From Verrucomicrobiales bacterium (GTDB lineage Bacteria; Verrucomicrobiota; Verrucomicrobiia; Verrucomicrobiales; V1-33): a stretch of 64,000 nucleotides of DNA. How positions within the stretch are numbered: position 1 is the stretch's first letter; the number at the start of each line of letters is the position of its first letter. Of the stretch, positions 18,014 through 27,072 are shown one piece after another. The position numbers and the translations under genes are program-made. Below the pieces are notes generated by a model. That model was not told the DNA's origin, made no database searches, and saw only the letters and a list, made by a program, of their open reading frames with translations. The stretch lies in assembly GCA_031411295.1 (NCBI GenBank), contig JANOAV010000181.1, forward strand, positions 1 through 64,000, given 5' to 3'.

Positions 18014-19246
18014 ATGAGTCAAAAATTTTACGAAGTCCCTGGCGGAGTCACTGCCCCGTTAGGATACACCTGCAATGCCGTGCCATGCGGCATTAAGGAT
18101 CCCCGCAAACTAAGGTTGGATCTTGGGTTGCTGTATTCCGAACATCCCACCGTCACGGCGGGAACCTTTACCACCAATCAAGTGAAAGCGGCCCCGGTGC
18201 GCTTGTGTCAGAAGCACCTGCGCAGCCACGACGTGCGGGCCGTGATCGTGAACAGCGGCAATGCCAACGCCTGCACGGGGCCACGCGGTATTAACGATGC
18301 GCGCAGCATGGCCACGGCCGCGGCTGTAGCTTTGAAGTTGAAGCCAGAACAAGTCTTGGTCGGCAGCACTGGGATCATTGGCCTGCCCATGCCGATGGAA
18401 CGCCTGCTCCCGAAGGTCCCGGAACTGGCCAAGGGTTTGAAGCGCACGCAAAATGAAGCGTTCGCCCGGGCCATCATGACCAGTGACACCAAGCCGAAAA
18501 TTTACTCGGTCGAAGTGCCCCTGGGCAGCAAGAAAATTCGCATCGGAGCGGTGGCCAAGGGCGCGGGGATGATCTGTCCCAACATGGCCACCATGCTCTG
18601 CTATGTAACCACCGATGCCAACATCGGCCTGGCGGATCTCAAACGCGCCACGCATCATGCCGTGGACCACTCGTTCAACCGTATCTCCATCGATGGTGAT
18701 ACCAGCACGAACGACACGGTGATTGTGATGGCTAACGGGGCTTCCGGGCAACGCAAGCTGCAGGCGAAGACGCCTTCCATGCAGTTGTTCACCGATGCCT
18801 TGGAGCACGTCCTGCTGGAAATGGCGAAGATGATTGTGCGCGATGGCGAGCGCGTTACCAAGTTCGTGGAAGTGCATGTCGTCAATGCCGCCACGCAAGT
18901 GGATGCGCGCAAGGTGGCGGAGACGGTAGCCAATTCTCTGCTCGTGAAATGTTCCTGGAATGGCGGAGACCCTAACTGGGGTCGGATCATGCATGCCATT
19001 GGGTATTCCGGAGCCAAGATTCGGGAGTCCGACATCGACATTTATTATGATGGAATTCCCGCCACCTGTCATGGTTTAGTGGCCGAGACTCCGGTGGAGA
19101 AACTTCGCGCGGTGGCGGCCCAGAAGGAATTTCGCATCTGCATCGACCTGAACATTGGTGAGGCCGAATACAATGTTTACACCAGCGATCTCTCGCAGGA
19201 ATACGTGGATTTCAACACCACAGAATACGCTGCTCCGATCCCGTAA
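18014..19246 (+). CDS. argJ: Ornithine acetyltransferase / N-acetylglutamate synthase
   Basis: NSGNANACTG, STGIIG, KGAGMICPNMATML, IDGDTSTNDT, DGERVTK, DPNWGRI. Confidence 0.97.
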   Translation: MSQKFYEVPGGVTAPLGYTCNAVPCGIKDPRKLRLDLGLLYSEHPTVTAGTFTTNQVKAAPVRLCQKHLRSHDVRAVIVNSGNANACTGPRGINDARSMATAAAVALKLKPEQVLVGSTGIIGLPMPMERLLPKVPELAKGLKRTQNEAFARAIMTSDTKPKIYSVEVPLGSKKIRIGAVAKGAGMICPNMATMLCYVTTDANIGLADLKRATHHAVDHSFNRISIDGDTSTNDTVIVMANGASGQRKLQAKTPSMQLFTDALEHVLLEMAKMIVRDGERVTKFVEVHVVNAATQVDARKVAETVANSLLVKCSWNGGDPNWGRIMHAIGYSGAKIRESDIDIYYDGIPATCHGLVAETPVEKLRAVAAQKEFRICIDLNIGEAEYNVYTSDLSQEYVDFNTTEYAAPIP

Positions 19247-19252
19247 CAACAG

Positions 19253-20284
19253 TTAGCGCAGAGCGAAATCCACCACCAGCATTCGATGATCTGAATTTGC
19301 CGTCTCCACGGTGCGGGCCGCAATCGGCTCCAGCAGAGCATTGGCATAAATGTGGTCGATCCGGAGCAAGGGCGTTTTGTTGGGAAAAGTGTTGCCCCAG
19401 CCAGCGCCAACGGCGGCATAGGCATCCTTAAATTCAGGCATCAACTCCCGAAAAACGGCATCGCCTGCCGGAGCGTTGAAATCTCCGCCAATCACAATGG
19501 GCGCGCTGAGCAGCACCTTCTGCAACTCCAAATACTGCCGCACATCCTTCATTTCCTCCCGTCGGGAGAGGCGATTGCGGTAATGTGATTCCCACGTGGA
19601 GGGCCGATGCAACCCCACATCCGTCACGGCCCCGTTGAGATGCACGCACACCACATGAATCATGCGGCCGTCCAGTTCGATGGAACACGGCAGCTCGCGC
19701 AGGATGCTGGGCGTGGTAAAACTCTGCACGGGAGTCACGAAGCCGTTGACTTTCCCGCGGGTGACCACCGCCACCTCGTATCCGCCGATGACGTGGCCGG
19801 GTTTGTCGTCCTGATAGAGCTTCCGGGCCAGGTGATCCAAGACTTGCGGAGCAGGGGCTTCCTGGAAGAGCACGATGTCTGGTTGCCACGGGATCACTTC
19901 CTCAGCTGCGATGGGGTTCAGGAAGCGGCAGTTTAGAGAAATGACCCGAATCAAGCGCTGGCCGTTGCGCTCCGGAGGGATACCGCGCTCTGGCACGGCG
20001 GTGTTAAGACGCAGTAAAGGTTTGGTCTCGTCCGAACCCACCACCATGGTTACGAGCCAGAGTCCGCAGAGCACTAGCACGGATCGTTGCCGATACACCA
20101 GCCAGCTCCATCCCACCAGCAACAGGCCCAGTAGGCACCAAGCCCAGAAGGGAAATACCGTCAGCGCAGCGGCGTGATCCCACCGTCGGGCATACGCCGC
20201 CACGATGACAAAGTGCAACCCGAGCGAGGCCAAGGGCACTCCCACACGCAGGCACCAACGAAGGCAGGGCATTAATTTCGTCAT
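19253..20284 (-). CDS. Endonuclease/exonuclease/phosphatase family membrane protein
   Basis: Three N-terminal TMs. DIVLFQE, VIGGDFNA, LRIDHIY, SDHR. Confidence 0.9.
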   Translation of the reverse strand: MTKLMPCLRWCLRVGVPLASLGLHFVIVAAYARRWDHAAALTVFPFWAWCLLGLLLVGWSWLVYRQRSVLVLCGLWLVTMVVGSDETKPLLRLNTAVPERGIPPERNGQRLIRVISLNCRFLNPIAAEEVIPWQPDIVLFQEAPAPQVLDHLARKLYQDDKPGHVIGGYEVAVVTRGKVNGFVTPVQSFTTPSILRELPCSIELDGRMIHVVCVHLNGAVTDVGLHRPSTWESHYRNRLSRREEMKDVRQYLELQKVLLSAPIVIGGDFNAPAGDAVFRELMPEFKDAYAAVGAGWGNTFPNKTPLLRIDHIYANALLEPIAARTVETANSDHRMLVVDFALR

Positions 20285-20373
20285 GTCGCAGGAGTAGTCT
20301 AAAACGGCACTTTCAATGGAAGTGAGACCGAGACCACCCCGCTTGGTTCAAATTTCGGCCCCGGAAATAAAAT

Positions 20374-20688
20374 TTAGAAGCCCATTCCGGGAGGCAGGCC
20401 CATTCCGCCCGTGAGTTTGCCCATTTCGCTGGCTGAAAGTTCCTTGCCTTGCGCAATGGCCTGCTGGACTCCGGAAAGAATCAGGTCTTCGAGGAATTCC
20501 ACGTCTGCGGGGTCCACGATGGAGGGATCCAGCTTGATGGATTGCACGACCCCAGCGGCTGTGGCCACGACGATGACTTTGCCGCCGCCCACGCTGGCTT
20601 CCACCATGCGACTGCCCAAGGAGGCTTGCGCGGCCTGCATTTTAGCCTGCATCTGCTCCGCTTGTTTCATGAGTTTTTCGAGATTCAT
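20374..20688 (-). CDS. ybaB: YbaB/EbfC nucleoid-associated protein
   Basis: LMKQAEQMQAKM...VEASVGGGKV...DVEFLEDLILSGV. Confidence 0.93.
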   Translation of the reverse strand: MNLEKLMKQAEQMQAKMQAAQASLGSRMVEASVGGGKVIVVATAAGVVQSIKLDPSIVDPADVEFLEDLILSGVQQAIAQGKELSASEMGKLTGGMGLPPGMGF

Positions 20689-20859
20689 AGACCTTTGTTT
20701 GGCCCAGACTTCGGCAAAAGGAAAGTGGTAAAATCACCTGGTTCAGAATGGATTTTGCGATTCCGCAACTGCGGCGTATCACATGGATTGCTGCATTGAC
20801 GACGGCGGAAAACGTGGAAATTTCCTGTCTCATCCCACTAACCCTAATCCATTAATCAG

Positions 20860-21369
20860 ATGAAACTACCCCTCCTAACTACCTTCGTCGCCTTAACCAC
20901 CCTTGGCTTTGCCCAGGAAACGAAACCCGCTGAACCAGCCCCTGCCCCCGCTGCTCCAGCCGCTCCCGCAGCTCCAGCCGCCGCTGGCGACGTGGCTAAG
21001 ATCAAACTGGGCGTCCTTCCGGCGGTCATGAAATTTGATAAAGCCGAACTGGAGTGCAAAGCTGGTCAGAAAGTGATGCTCTTGTTCGCCAACGAAAAAT
21101 GCCCACTGCAGCACAATATCTGCATTCTCAAGCCCGGCACCAAGGACAAAGTGGCGGCCGAAGCCCTCAAGGCCATGGCCGACCCTAATTTCATGAAGAA
21201 TAACTGCTTCATTGATTCCCCTGACGTTCTTTTCAAAGGCACCAAATTGGTCGGCATCGGCCAGTCCGATTTGTTGGAGTTCACCGCGCCTGCCGCCGGG
21301 GATTACCCCTACATCTGCACGTTCCCGGGCCACACCATCATGATGCATGGCGTGCTCCACGTGAAGTAA
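20860..21369 (+). CDS. Azurin/auracyanin-type blue copper protein
   Basis: Signal peptide, Pro-Ala linker, type-1 Cu ligands HN...YICTFPGH...M. Confidence 0.9.
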   Translation: MKLPLLTTFVALTTLGFAQETKPAEPAPAPAAPAAPAAPAAAGDVAKIKLGVLPAVMKFDKAELECKAGQKVMLLFANEKCPLQHNICILKPGTKDKVAAEALKAMADPNFMKNNCFIDSPDVLFKGTKLVGIGQSDLLEFTAPAAGDYPYICTFPGHTIMMHGVLHVK

Positions 21370-21396
21370 TTCCCTGCGAGATTGCTCGCACTTTAG

Positions 21397-21428
21397 AGCC
21401 GCAGGAGCGTCGTCTCCTGCGGCTTTTT
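21397..21428 (+). terminator. Rho-independent terminator
   Basis: AGCCGCAGGAG-cgtcgt-CTCCTGCGGCT followed by TTTT, 27 nt after the copper-protein stop. Confidence 0.85.
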
Positions 21429-21550
21429 CCGTCCCTGGAAGTTCCAATCGTGCGATTATGTCACGCTGAGGATAGGTAATCTCTTGCTACGGTGACGGTT
21501 TTGTTGCAAAATCGGGTTGACTCCCTCTTTCATAATTTCCTCCTTTCCCC

Positions 21551-22234
21551 ATGCATACTATTCTGGTCGTTGACGACGAAGCTGACATTCTGGACCTGAT
21601 CACCATGAATCTTCACCGGCAAGGATATACCACGTTGACCGCTGCGGACGGGGTGGAGGCGGTCGCAAGTGCCAAGGAGAATTTGCCAGACTTGCTCATT
21701 TTGGACCTCATGCTCCCCAAGAAGGACGGGTTCATGGTGTTTCGGGAATTGCGGGCCGATGCCCGCACCCAGCATATCCCGGTGCTCATGCTAACGGCCA
21801 AGGGCGACTTGCAGGAGCGCATCTCCGGATTGGAATTGGGAGCGGACGACTACGTTTCCAAACCCTTCAGTCCCAAGGAATTGATGCTGCGCGTGAAAGC
21901 CCTGCTCAAGCGCACCAAGCGCGCGACCGTGGATGCTTCGGTGGTGTCTGGGGACTTCAATCTCGACCGCAATACGCTAAAACTTTTCCTCGCTGGGGCC
22001 CCGGTGGATCTCACGGCCACAGAGTTCAAATTACTCCGGATCCTGATCGAAGCAGATGGTTCACCCGTGGACCGGGAAACGTTGTTGCGGGAAGCTTGGG
22101 GCTATGCGGACACCACCTTGTCCCGCACTTTGGACACCCACGTCAAACGGTTGCGTGAGAAGCTCGGGGCCCACGCGGATTGCGTGCAAACCGTCCGCAG
22201 TGTCGGCTACAAATTTGTTCGTGGGGCCGTGTAA
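21551..22234 (+). CDS. OmpR/PhoB-family response regulator
   Basis: ILVVDDE, LILDLMLP, MLTAKG, GADDYVSKPFS, winged helix LTATEFKLL...SRTLDTHVKRLREKL. Confidence 0.95.
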   Translation: MHTILVVDDEADILDLITMNLHRQGYTTLTAADGVEAVASAKENLPDLLILDLMLPKKDGFMVFRELRADARTQHIPVLMLTAKGDLQERISGLELGADDYVSKPFSPKELMLRVKALLKRTKRATVDASVVSGDFNLDRNTLKLFLAGAPVDLTATEFKLLRILIEADGSPVDRETLLREAWGYADTTLSRTLDTHVKRLREKLGAHADCVQTVRSVGYKFVRGAV

Positions 22235-22353
22235 TGCCGCCAAGCGAAGTCCCCGGCGGGCGCGGTGAGTTCTTTAAGGCTGCCATCGGCATTGGTTGCG
22301 TGGATGGTGCACCGGAGCGGTTGCAGGACAGAATGGCTAAGAACTTGCCGGAC

Positions 22354-23463
22354 TTATTCACTGCTCCAGACGAAGCCTTCCGTATCTTGCCCAGCGTAGC
22401 GAGTTTCTCCGTTGACGTTGATGAGATCCACCACCTTGGCATCGCAACGCCCAGCAATTTCTCCTGCCAGGCTGCGCGAATGGGTCACGATGAGTAATTG
22501 GGTTTCGGGGGAGACATTACTGATCAATTCCGCCAGCGGCCCCATCAGGCCACCGTGCAGACTGGATTCCGGCTCGTTCAACACGAGAAAGGGTGGAGCC
22601 TTGGGCGTGAGCAGCGCAGCACAGAGGCAGAAGAAGCGCAGCGTGCCATCGGACAACTCCGCTGCATTTAATGAGCGGGAAAGTTTCTCTGGCATGAGCT
22701 GCAATTGGAATCGACCCTGTTCGTCCACCGGAGACCAACCGCATCCAGGAAAGGCTAGGGAGATGACTGCGTCGAGTGAATCACGCAGCCCGGACTCAAT
22801 CAGCGATTGCAGCGTAGCCGCAAGATTCGCACCATCACTCGCCAGCACAGGCGACCATGAGCCTATCAACGGTTTACGAATGGCGGCCTCAGGAGCAGTG
22901 GAGAAATGATGATAAAACCGCCACGCCAGCAACGCTTCCCGGACCGCTGTGAGGCAAGGGAACCGGATGCCGTCCCGCACTTCACTGAGCATGGATTCAG
23001 GAAATGGGGCCGGCAGAATTCGCAGTTCCGCAGTGCCATCGGTCGCCTTCAAATTCATCGAGCCACCCTTGCGACGCGCCATGATGCGTCCACCATCCTG
23101 ACCATAGCGCAGCACCTCCAGTTTCACATCAGGGTCCGTCCTGAACATCGTGGGATCGCCCGGACCCGCCGGGATCAAGCCGCACTCCGTCTCTAAAGAG
23201 AAATCTTCGTGCTGCAAATTCCACTTCAACCGCTTCGGTTCCCCCGCCTTCGTCGGGCCGGCCCACAGCGCACTAGGCATGCCGCCTTCCTCTGCTAACG
23301 CTGCCGCCAACCGCCCTTCCGCCATCCGTTGCAACAACATCAGCCCCCGATAAAGATTCGATTTCCCCACTCCATTCTCGCCCGTCACCACCGTTACTCG
23401 GCCTAACTTCAAACGGAAATCACGCAGGGATCGGTAACCAGAGAAATGAATGGATTGCAGCAT
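22354..23463 (-). CDS. AAA/ABC-type ATPase (COG4637-like)
   Basis: Walker A GENGVGKS, signature LSDGTLR, Walker-B-like LVLNEPESSLH, VTHS. Confidence 0.88.
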   Translation of the reverse strand: MLQSIHFSGYRSLRDFRLKLGRVTVVTGENGVGKSNLYRGLMLLQRMAEGRLAAALAEEGGMPSALWAGPTKAGEPKRLKWNLQHEDFSLETECGLIPAGPGDPTMFRTDPDVKLEVLRYGQDGGRIMARRKGGSMNLKATDGTAELRILPAPFPESMLSEVRDGIRFPCLTAVREALLAWRFYHHFSTAPEAAIRKPLIGSWSPVLASDGANLAATLQSLIESGLRDSLDAVISLAFPGCGWSPVDEQGRFQLQLMPEKLSRSLNAAELSDGTLRFFCLCAALLTPKAPPFLVLNEPESSLHGGLMGPLAELISNVSPETQLLIVTHSRSLAGEIAGRCDAKVVDLINVNGETRYAGQDTEGFVWSSE

Positions 23464-23493
23464 GGTTCATTTATCCTAGCGGAAGCGCATGCG

Positions 23494-23755
23494 TCAACGC
23501 TGTTCCTTAGCCCGAAACCACCCCAGGCTGCGCACCCATTTCCAGATCCAGCGGAATGGATGCAGCATGTGACCAAGATAGGTCTTTGGCATCGGTTCCG
23601 ACACGCCTAACTCATCCGGTTCATGACCGGGATGACGATAGGTTCCAAACAACAAATCCATCAGAGGTGACACGTTGCCGTAATTTCCTGCAAAGCGTTC
23701 TTTGGCGTGATGCCAGTGGGTGGATGCTATGGAAGCTCCACAGAGCCGGCCATCG
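23494..23755 (-). pseudogene. Sterol desaturase / fatty acid hydroxylase remnant with internal deletion
   Basis: RWPALWSFHSIH (23755-23720) is joined out of frame to HWHHAKERFAGNYGNVSPLMDLLFGTY...HPF. No N-terminal part is recognisable. Confidence 0.75.
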
Positions 23756-23822
23756 CATCGCGTATGCAAAAGATCTGGCAATTGAGCAGAGCGGAGGCTA
23801 TTTATCCAGATCGCTCTTCGCC

Positions 23823-25273
23823 ATGAAATTTCTCCAACACGAACTCGCTTACCGTCAAGCGACCCAGCAACTGACACGTCGTGAAGCTCTCTTCAAGATG
23901 GGCGCTGGGATTGGTGGGATTGGACTTGCCAGTATGTTTGGAAACTCCGCCGAAGCTTCCGAACCCCAGTCGCCCCTTGCTCCCAAGTTGCCACATTTTG
24001 CGCCCAAGGCGAAGCGACTCATTCAATTGTTCATGCCTGGTGGGCCCTCGCAGGTGGATACTTTTGATTACAAGCCCATGCTCGCCAAGCACGCGGGCGA
24101 GCGGCCTGCGTTGGTGGATCGCAAGACCCTGCGCAATACCAAGCTGGGACTCATGCCCTCTCCGTTCGGCTTCAAGCAATATGGCCAGTGCGGGAAATGG
24201 GTCAGCGACATTTTTCCGGAAGTCGCCAAATGCGTGGATGAGATCAGCTTCATTCATTCCATGCACACGGACATTCCGGAACATGCTGGCGGCATCCTCA
24301 TGACCAACCTCGGGGCGCTCCAGCCGAATCGCCCCAGCCGAATCGCCCCAGCCTTGGTGCCTGGCTGACTTACGGGTTGGGTGCGGAAACGCAAAATCTG
24401 CCTGGATTCGTGGCGATGTCCCCTCGGGCCGAACCACGCGGCCGAGGTGCCAACTGGGGGAATGCCTTTCTTCCCGGGGCTTATGCTGGAGCTTATGTGA
24501 ACATCCAGAACATGAAACCGGATGCCATCATTAGTAATCTCAAAAGCGCTGGGCTCTCGCGCGAACAGCAACGCGAGCAACTCGATCTGCTCGCGAAAAT
24601 CAATCAAATGCAGTTGGCTAGACTGGAGCAGGATCAAAATCTCGAAGCTGGGATCCAAGCCATGGAAATGGCCTTCCGCATGCAGTTCTCGGTGCCGGAG
24701 GTGCTCGATGTTTCCAAGGAATCCGAGGAAACGCGCAAACTTTACGGTGACACCGAATTCGCCAAAGGCTGTCTGGTGGCTCGTCGATTGATTGAAGAAG
24801 GCGTCCGCGTCGTGCAGCTCTCGCATAGCATCGATGGCTACGACATCGCTTGGGACACCGGCCATGGCGACATCGTGGGCGGTCACGCCACGCTGGCCAA
24901 AGCCTGTGACCAAGCCATTGCGGCTCTCCTGATGGATCTCAAAGGCCGCGGATTGCTGGACGAAACGTTGGTTGTCTGGGGCGGAGAGTTCGGACGAGCC
25001 CCCACCTCCGAAGGTGAGAAAGGCCGGGACCACGACCACTACGGTTACACCGTCTGGATGGCTGGCGGGGGAGTGAAGAAGGGTTTCAGCTACGGAGCCA
25101 CCGACGAGTTCGGCTGCTCCGCCATAGAAAATCGCGTCCATGTCCATGACCTAAACGCCACCATCCTGCACTTGATGGGACTGAACCACGAGAAGCTAAC
25201 CTACCGTTTTTCGGGACGCGATTACAGATTAACTGATGTGCATGGCCACGTGGTTCATGAGATCATTGCCTGA
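23823..25273 (+). pseudogene. DUF1501 family gene frameshifted by a 14-bp tandem duplication
   Basis: Tat-like LTRREAL, GGPSQVDTFDYKP, then the second ORF with WGGEFGRAP and GRDHD. Removing one CAGCCGAATCGCCC copy restores NRPSLGAWLTYGLG. Confidence 0.9.
24321..24348 (+). repeat. 14-bp perfect tandem duplication
   Basis: CAGCCGAATCGCCC x2 followed by CAGCC. Confidence 0.95.
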
Positions 25274-25389
25274 GGAGAAGGCCACGCCAGCCATCGCCTG
25301 ATCTCCGGGGTTCAATGTATTCGTGCTGTCAATCGCGGCATTATTAATGGAGTAATGACGATTTACGAAGTTTCGACTCTGCAACAACC

Positions 25390-25475
25390 GTTGGAGTCCC
25401 GGCTTCAGCCGGAGCATCCGCCTGGCCTGCAGCATGAGCCCGGCATGCTCCACCGCCTGAAGGCGGAACTCCAGC
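25390..25475. repeat. REP-like inverted pair, same family as 1814-1883
   Basis: GTTGGAGTCCCGGCTTCAGCCGG (25390-25412) and, on the minus strand, GCTGGAGTTCCGCCTTCAGGCGG (25475-25453). Confidence 0.8.
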
Positions 25476-25524
25476 GGATGATCCAGGCGGGGTGTGCTAG
25501 CACGTTCCTGCGCAGCCCTTACTC

Positions 25525-25582
25525 CCGGCTGAGGACAGCCGGGACACTTTCTAAACAACGTGTGCCGACTGTCCTCAGTCGG
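25525..25582. repeat. Second REP-like family, divergently oriented pair
   Basis: Minus strand GTGTCCCGGCTGTCCTCAGCCGG (25547-25525) and plus strand GTGTGCCGACTGTCCTCAGTCGG (25560-25582). Confidence 0.75.
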
Positions 25583-25622
25583 CAGCGCCCCGCAGCCAAC
25601 ACGCTCTGGAGGACGCCCGCAC

Positions 25623-27008
25623 TCACGCCATAATCCGGTGCACCACATTTCCCGCCACATCTGTGAGGCGATAGTCCCGACCATTGTGTCGATAAGTTAG
25701 CTTCTCATGATCCATTCCCAGCAAGTGCAGGATGGTGGCGTGGAAATCGTGAACGTGGACTTCGTCCTTGGCGACGCGGATGCCGTAGTCGTCCGATGCG
25801 CCATAAATCGTGCCACCTTTGACCCCGCCACCCGCCATCCACGAGGAAAAGACCCAGTGGTGGTGTTCGCGTCCGGGTTGGTTGGCGGCTTCTTTGAATG
25901 GCGTGCGGCCGAACTCAGTGGTCCAGACTACCAGGGTGTCATCCAACATGCCGCGTTGTTTGAGATCGGTGAGCAAACCCGCAATGGGCAAGTCCACGTT
26001 TTTCGCCAAGGGAGCATGGGCATTCATATCCCCGTGCGAGTCCCAGTTGTTGCTGGAGCCACCATCGATCAGTTCGATAAACCGCACGCCGCGTTCCGCC
26101 ATGCGGCGGCCCACCAGACATTGCCAACCGAAGCCATCAGTCGAGCCGCGTTTCAGTCCGTAGAGATCCAACGTGGCATCACTTTCCTGGGAAAGATCGA
26201 AAATCTCCGGAGCTGCCATTTGCATACCGAAGGCTGTTTCAAACGATTTCATGCGGGCCGTTAGCAACGGATCCCCAGCCCGGGTTAGTAAATGCCGTTG
26301 GTCACGTTTCGCCATGGCCTTCAGCTCCAACTCCTGCAGGTCACTGGTGGCCGCCCGACGTTTAACGTTGGCAATCGGTTCCGCGCCCGGCACCACCAAC
26401 GTGCCTTGATGCGCCCCAGGCAGGAAATCGCTGGCCCAGACTTGATTTCCCGCATAGGGCGTCGCCCGTGAGAGCACCACGAACGATGGTAAATTTTTGT
26501 TCTCGCTGCCAAGTCCATAGCTCACCCAGGATCCGATGCTGGGCCGGGCAAAATTGAACGAACCGGTGTGTATCCCCAGCGTGGATTCGTAGTGGTTGGT
26601 GTGATCCGAACGCATGGAGCGCAGCACGCAAATATCGTCCACCAACTTGGCGGTGTGAGGAAACAGATCGCTCACTTCCGTGCCGCATTCACCATACGGA
26701 TGGAAGTCCCAGAGCGGCCGTGTAAGGAACATTTTGTAGTCGCCCTTTCGGCCTTGGAACTCATCAACGGAAACCGTCTGACCGGGATTTTTAAAGAGCA
26801 GCGGCTTCGGATCCCATGAATCCACGTGCGACACCCCGCCACTCATATAGAGGAAGATCACCCGCTTGGCCTTGGCGGGAAATGGTGCCGGACGCGGGGC
26901 CAGCGGATCAACCGACTCCCCAAGCAACTGCGACAGCACGCCAGGAAAAATCCCAGATCCTGCGATCATGGATCGCAGGGCGCGGCGTCTGGTGTAGGGA
27001 GAGTTCAT
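25623..27008 (-). CDS. DUF1501 family protein (Tat-like signal)
   Basis: YTRRRAL, AKRVIFLYMSGGVSHVDSWDPKP, RPSIGSWVSYGLG, WDSH, TTEFGRTP, GREHH. Confidence 0.93.
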   Translation of the reverse strand: MNSPYTRRRALRSMIAGSGIFPGVLSQLLGESVDPLAPRPAPFPAKAKRVIFLYMSGGVSHVDSWDPKPLLFKNPGQTVSVDEFQGRKGDYKMFLTRPLWDFHPYGECGTEVSDLFPHTAKLVDDICVLRSMRSDHTNHYESTLGIHTGSFNFARPSIGSWVSYGLGSENKNLPSFVVLSRATPYAGNQVWASDFLPGAHQGTLVVPGAEPIANVKRRAATSDLQELELKAMAKRDQRHLLTRAGDPLLTARMKSFETAFGMQMAAPEIFDLSQESDATLDLYGLKRGSTDGFGWQCLVGRRMAERGVRFIELIDGGSSNNWDSHGDMNAHAPLAKNVDLPIAGLLTDLKQRGMLDDTLVVWTTEFGRTPFKEAANQPGREHHHWVFSSWMAGGGVKGGTIYGASDDYGIRVAKDEVHVHDFHATILHLLGMDHEKLTYRHNGRDYRLTDVAGNVVHRIMA

Positions 27009-27028
27009 GGTCTTCGTTAACATTGGAA

Positions 27029-27057
27029 ATAGGCCCTATAGGCCCTATAGGACCTAT
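27029..27057. repeat. 9-nt tandem repeat
   Basis: ATAGGCCCT ATAGGCCCT ATAGGACCT AT in the short gap between the DUF1549/1553 and DUF1501 genes. Confidence 0.8.
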
Positions 27058-27072
27058 TCGAATATCTTTGGA

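Noticed and set aside
22354..23463. ATPase as part of an anti-phage defence system
   Set aside because: No partner nuclease, TOPRIM or effector gene is adjacent, so only a generic ATPase call is supported.
23556..23822. N-terminal extension of the first DUF1501 ORF
   Set aside because: It overlaps the desaturase remnant on the other strand. The Tat-like leader fits a start at 23823.
25390..25582. CRISPR array
   Set aside because: The units are inverted, of two types, irregularly spaced, and there are no cas genes.
25355..25633. 92-aa ORF and the overlapping 151-aa antisense ORF
   Set aside because: They are translations of REP-like palindromes with no protein motifs.
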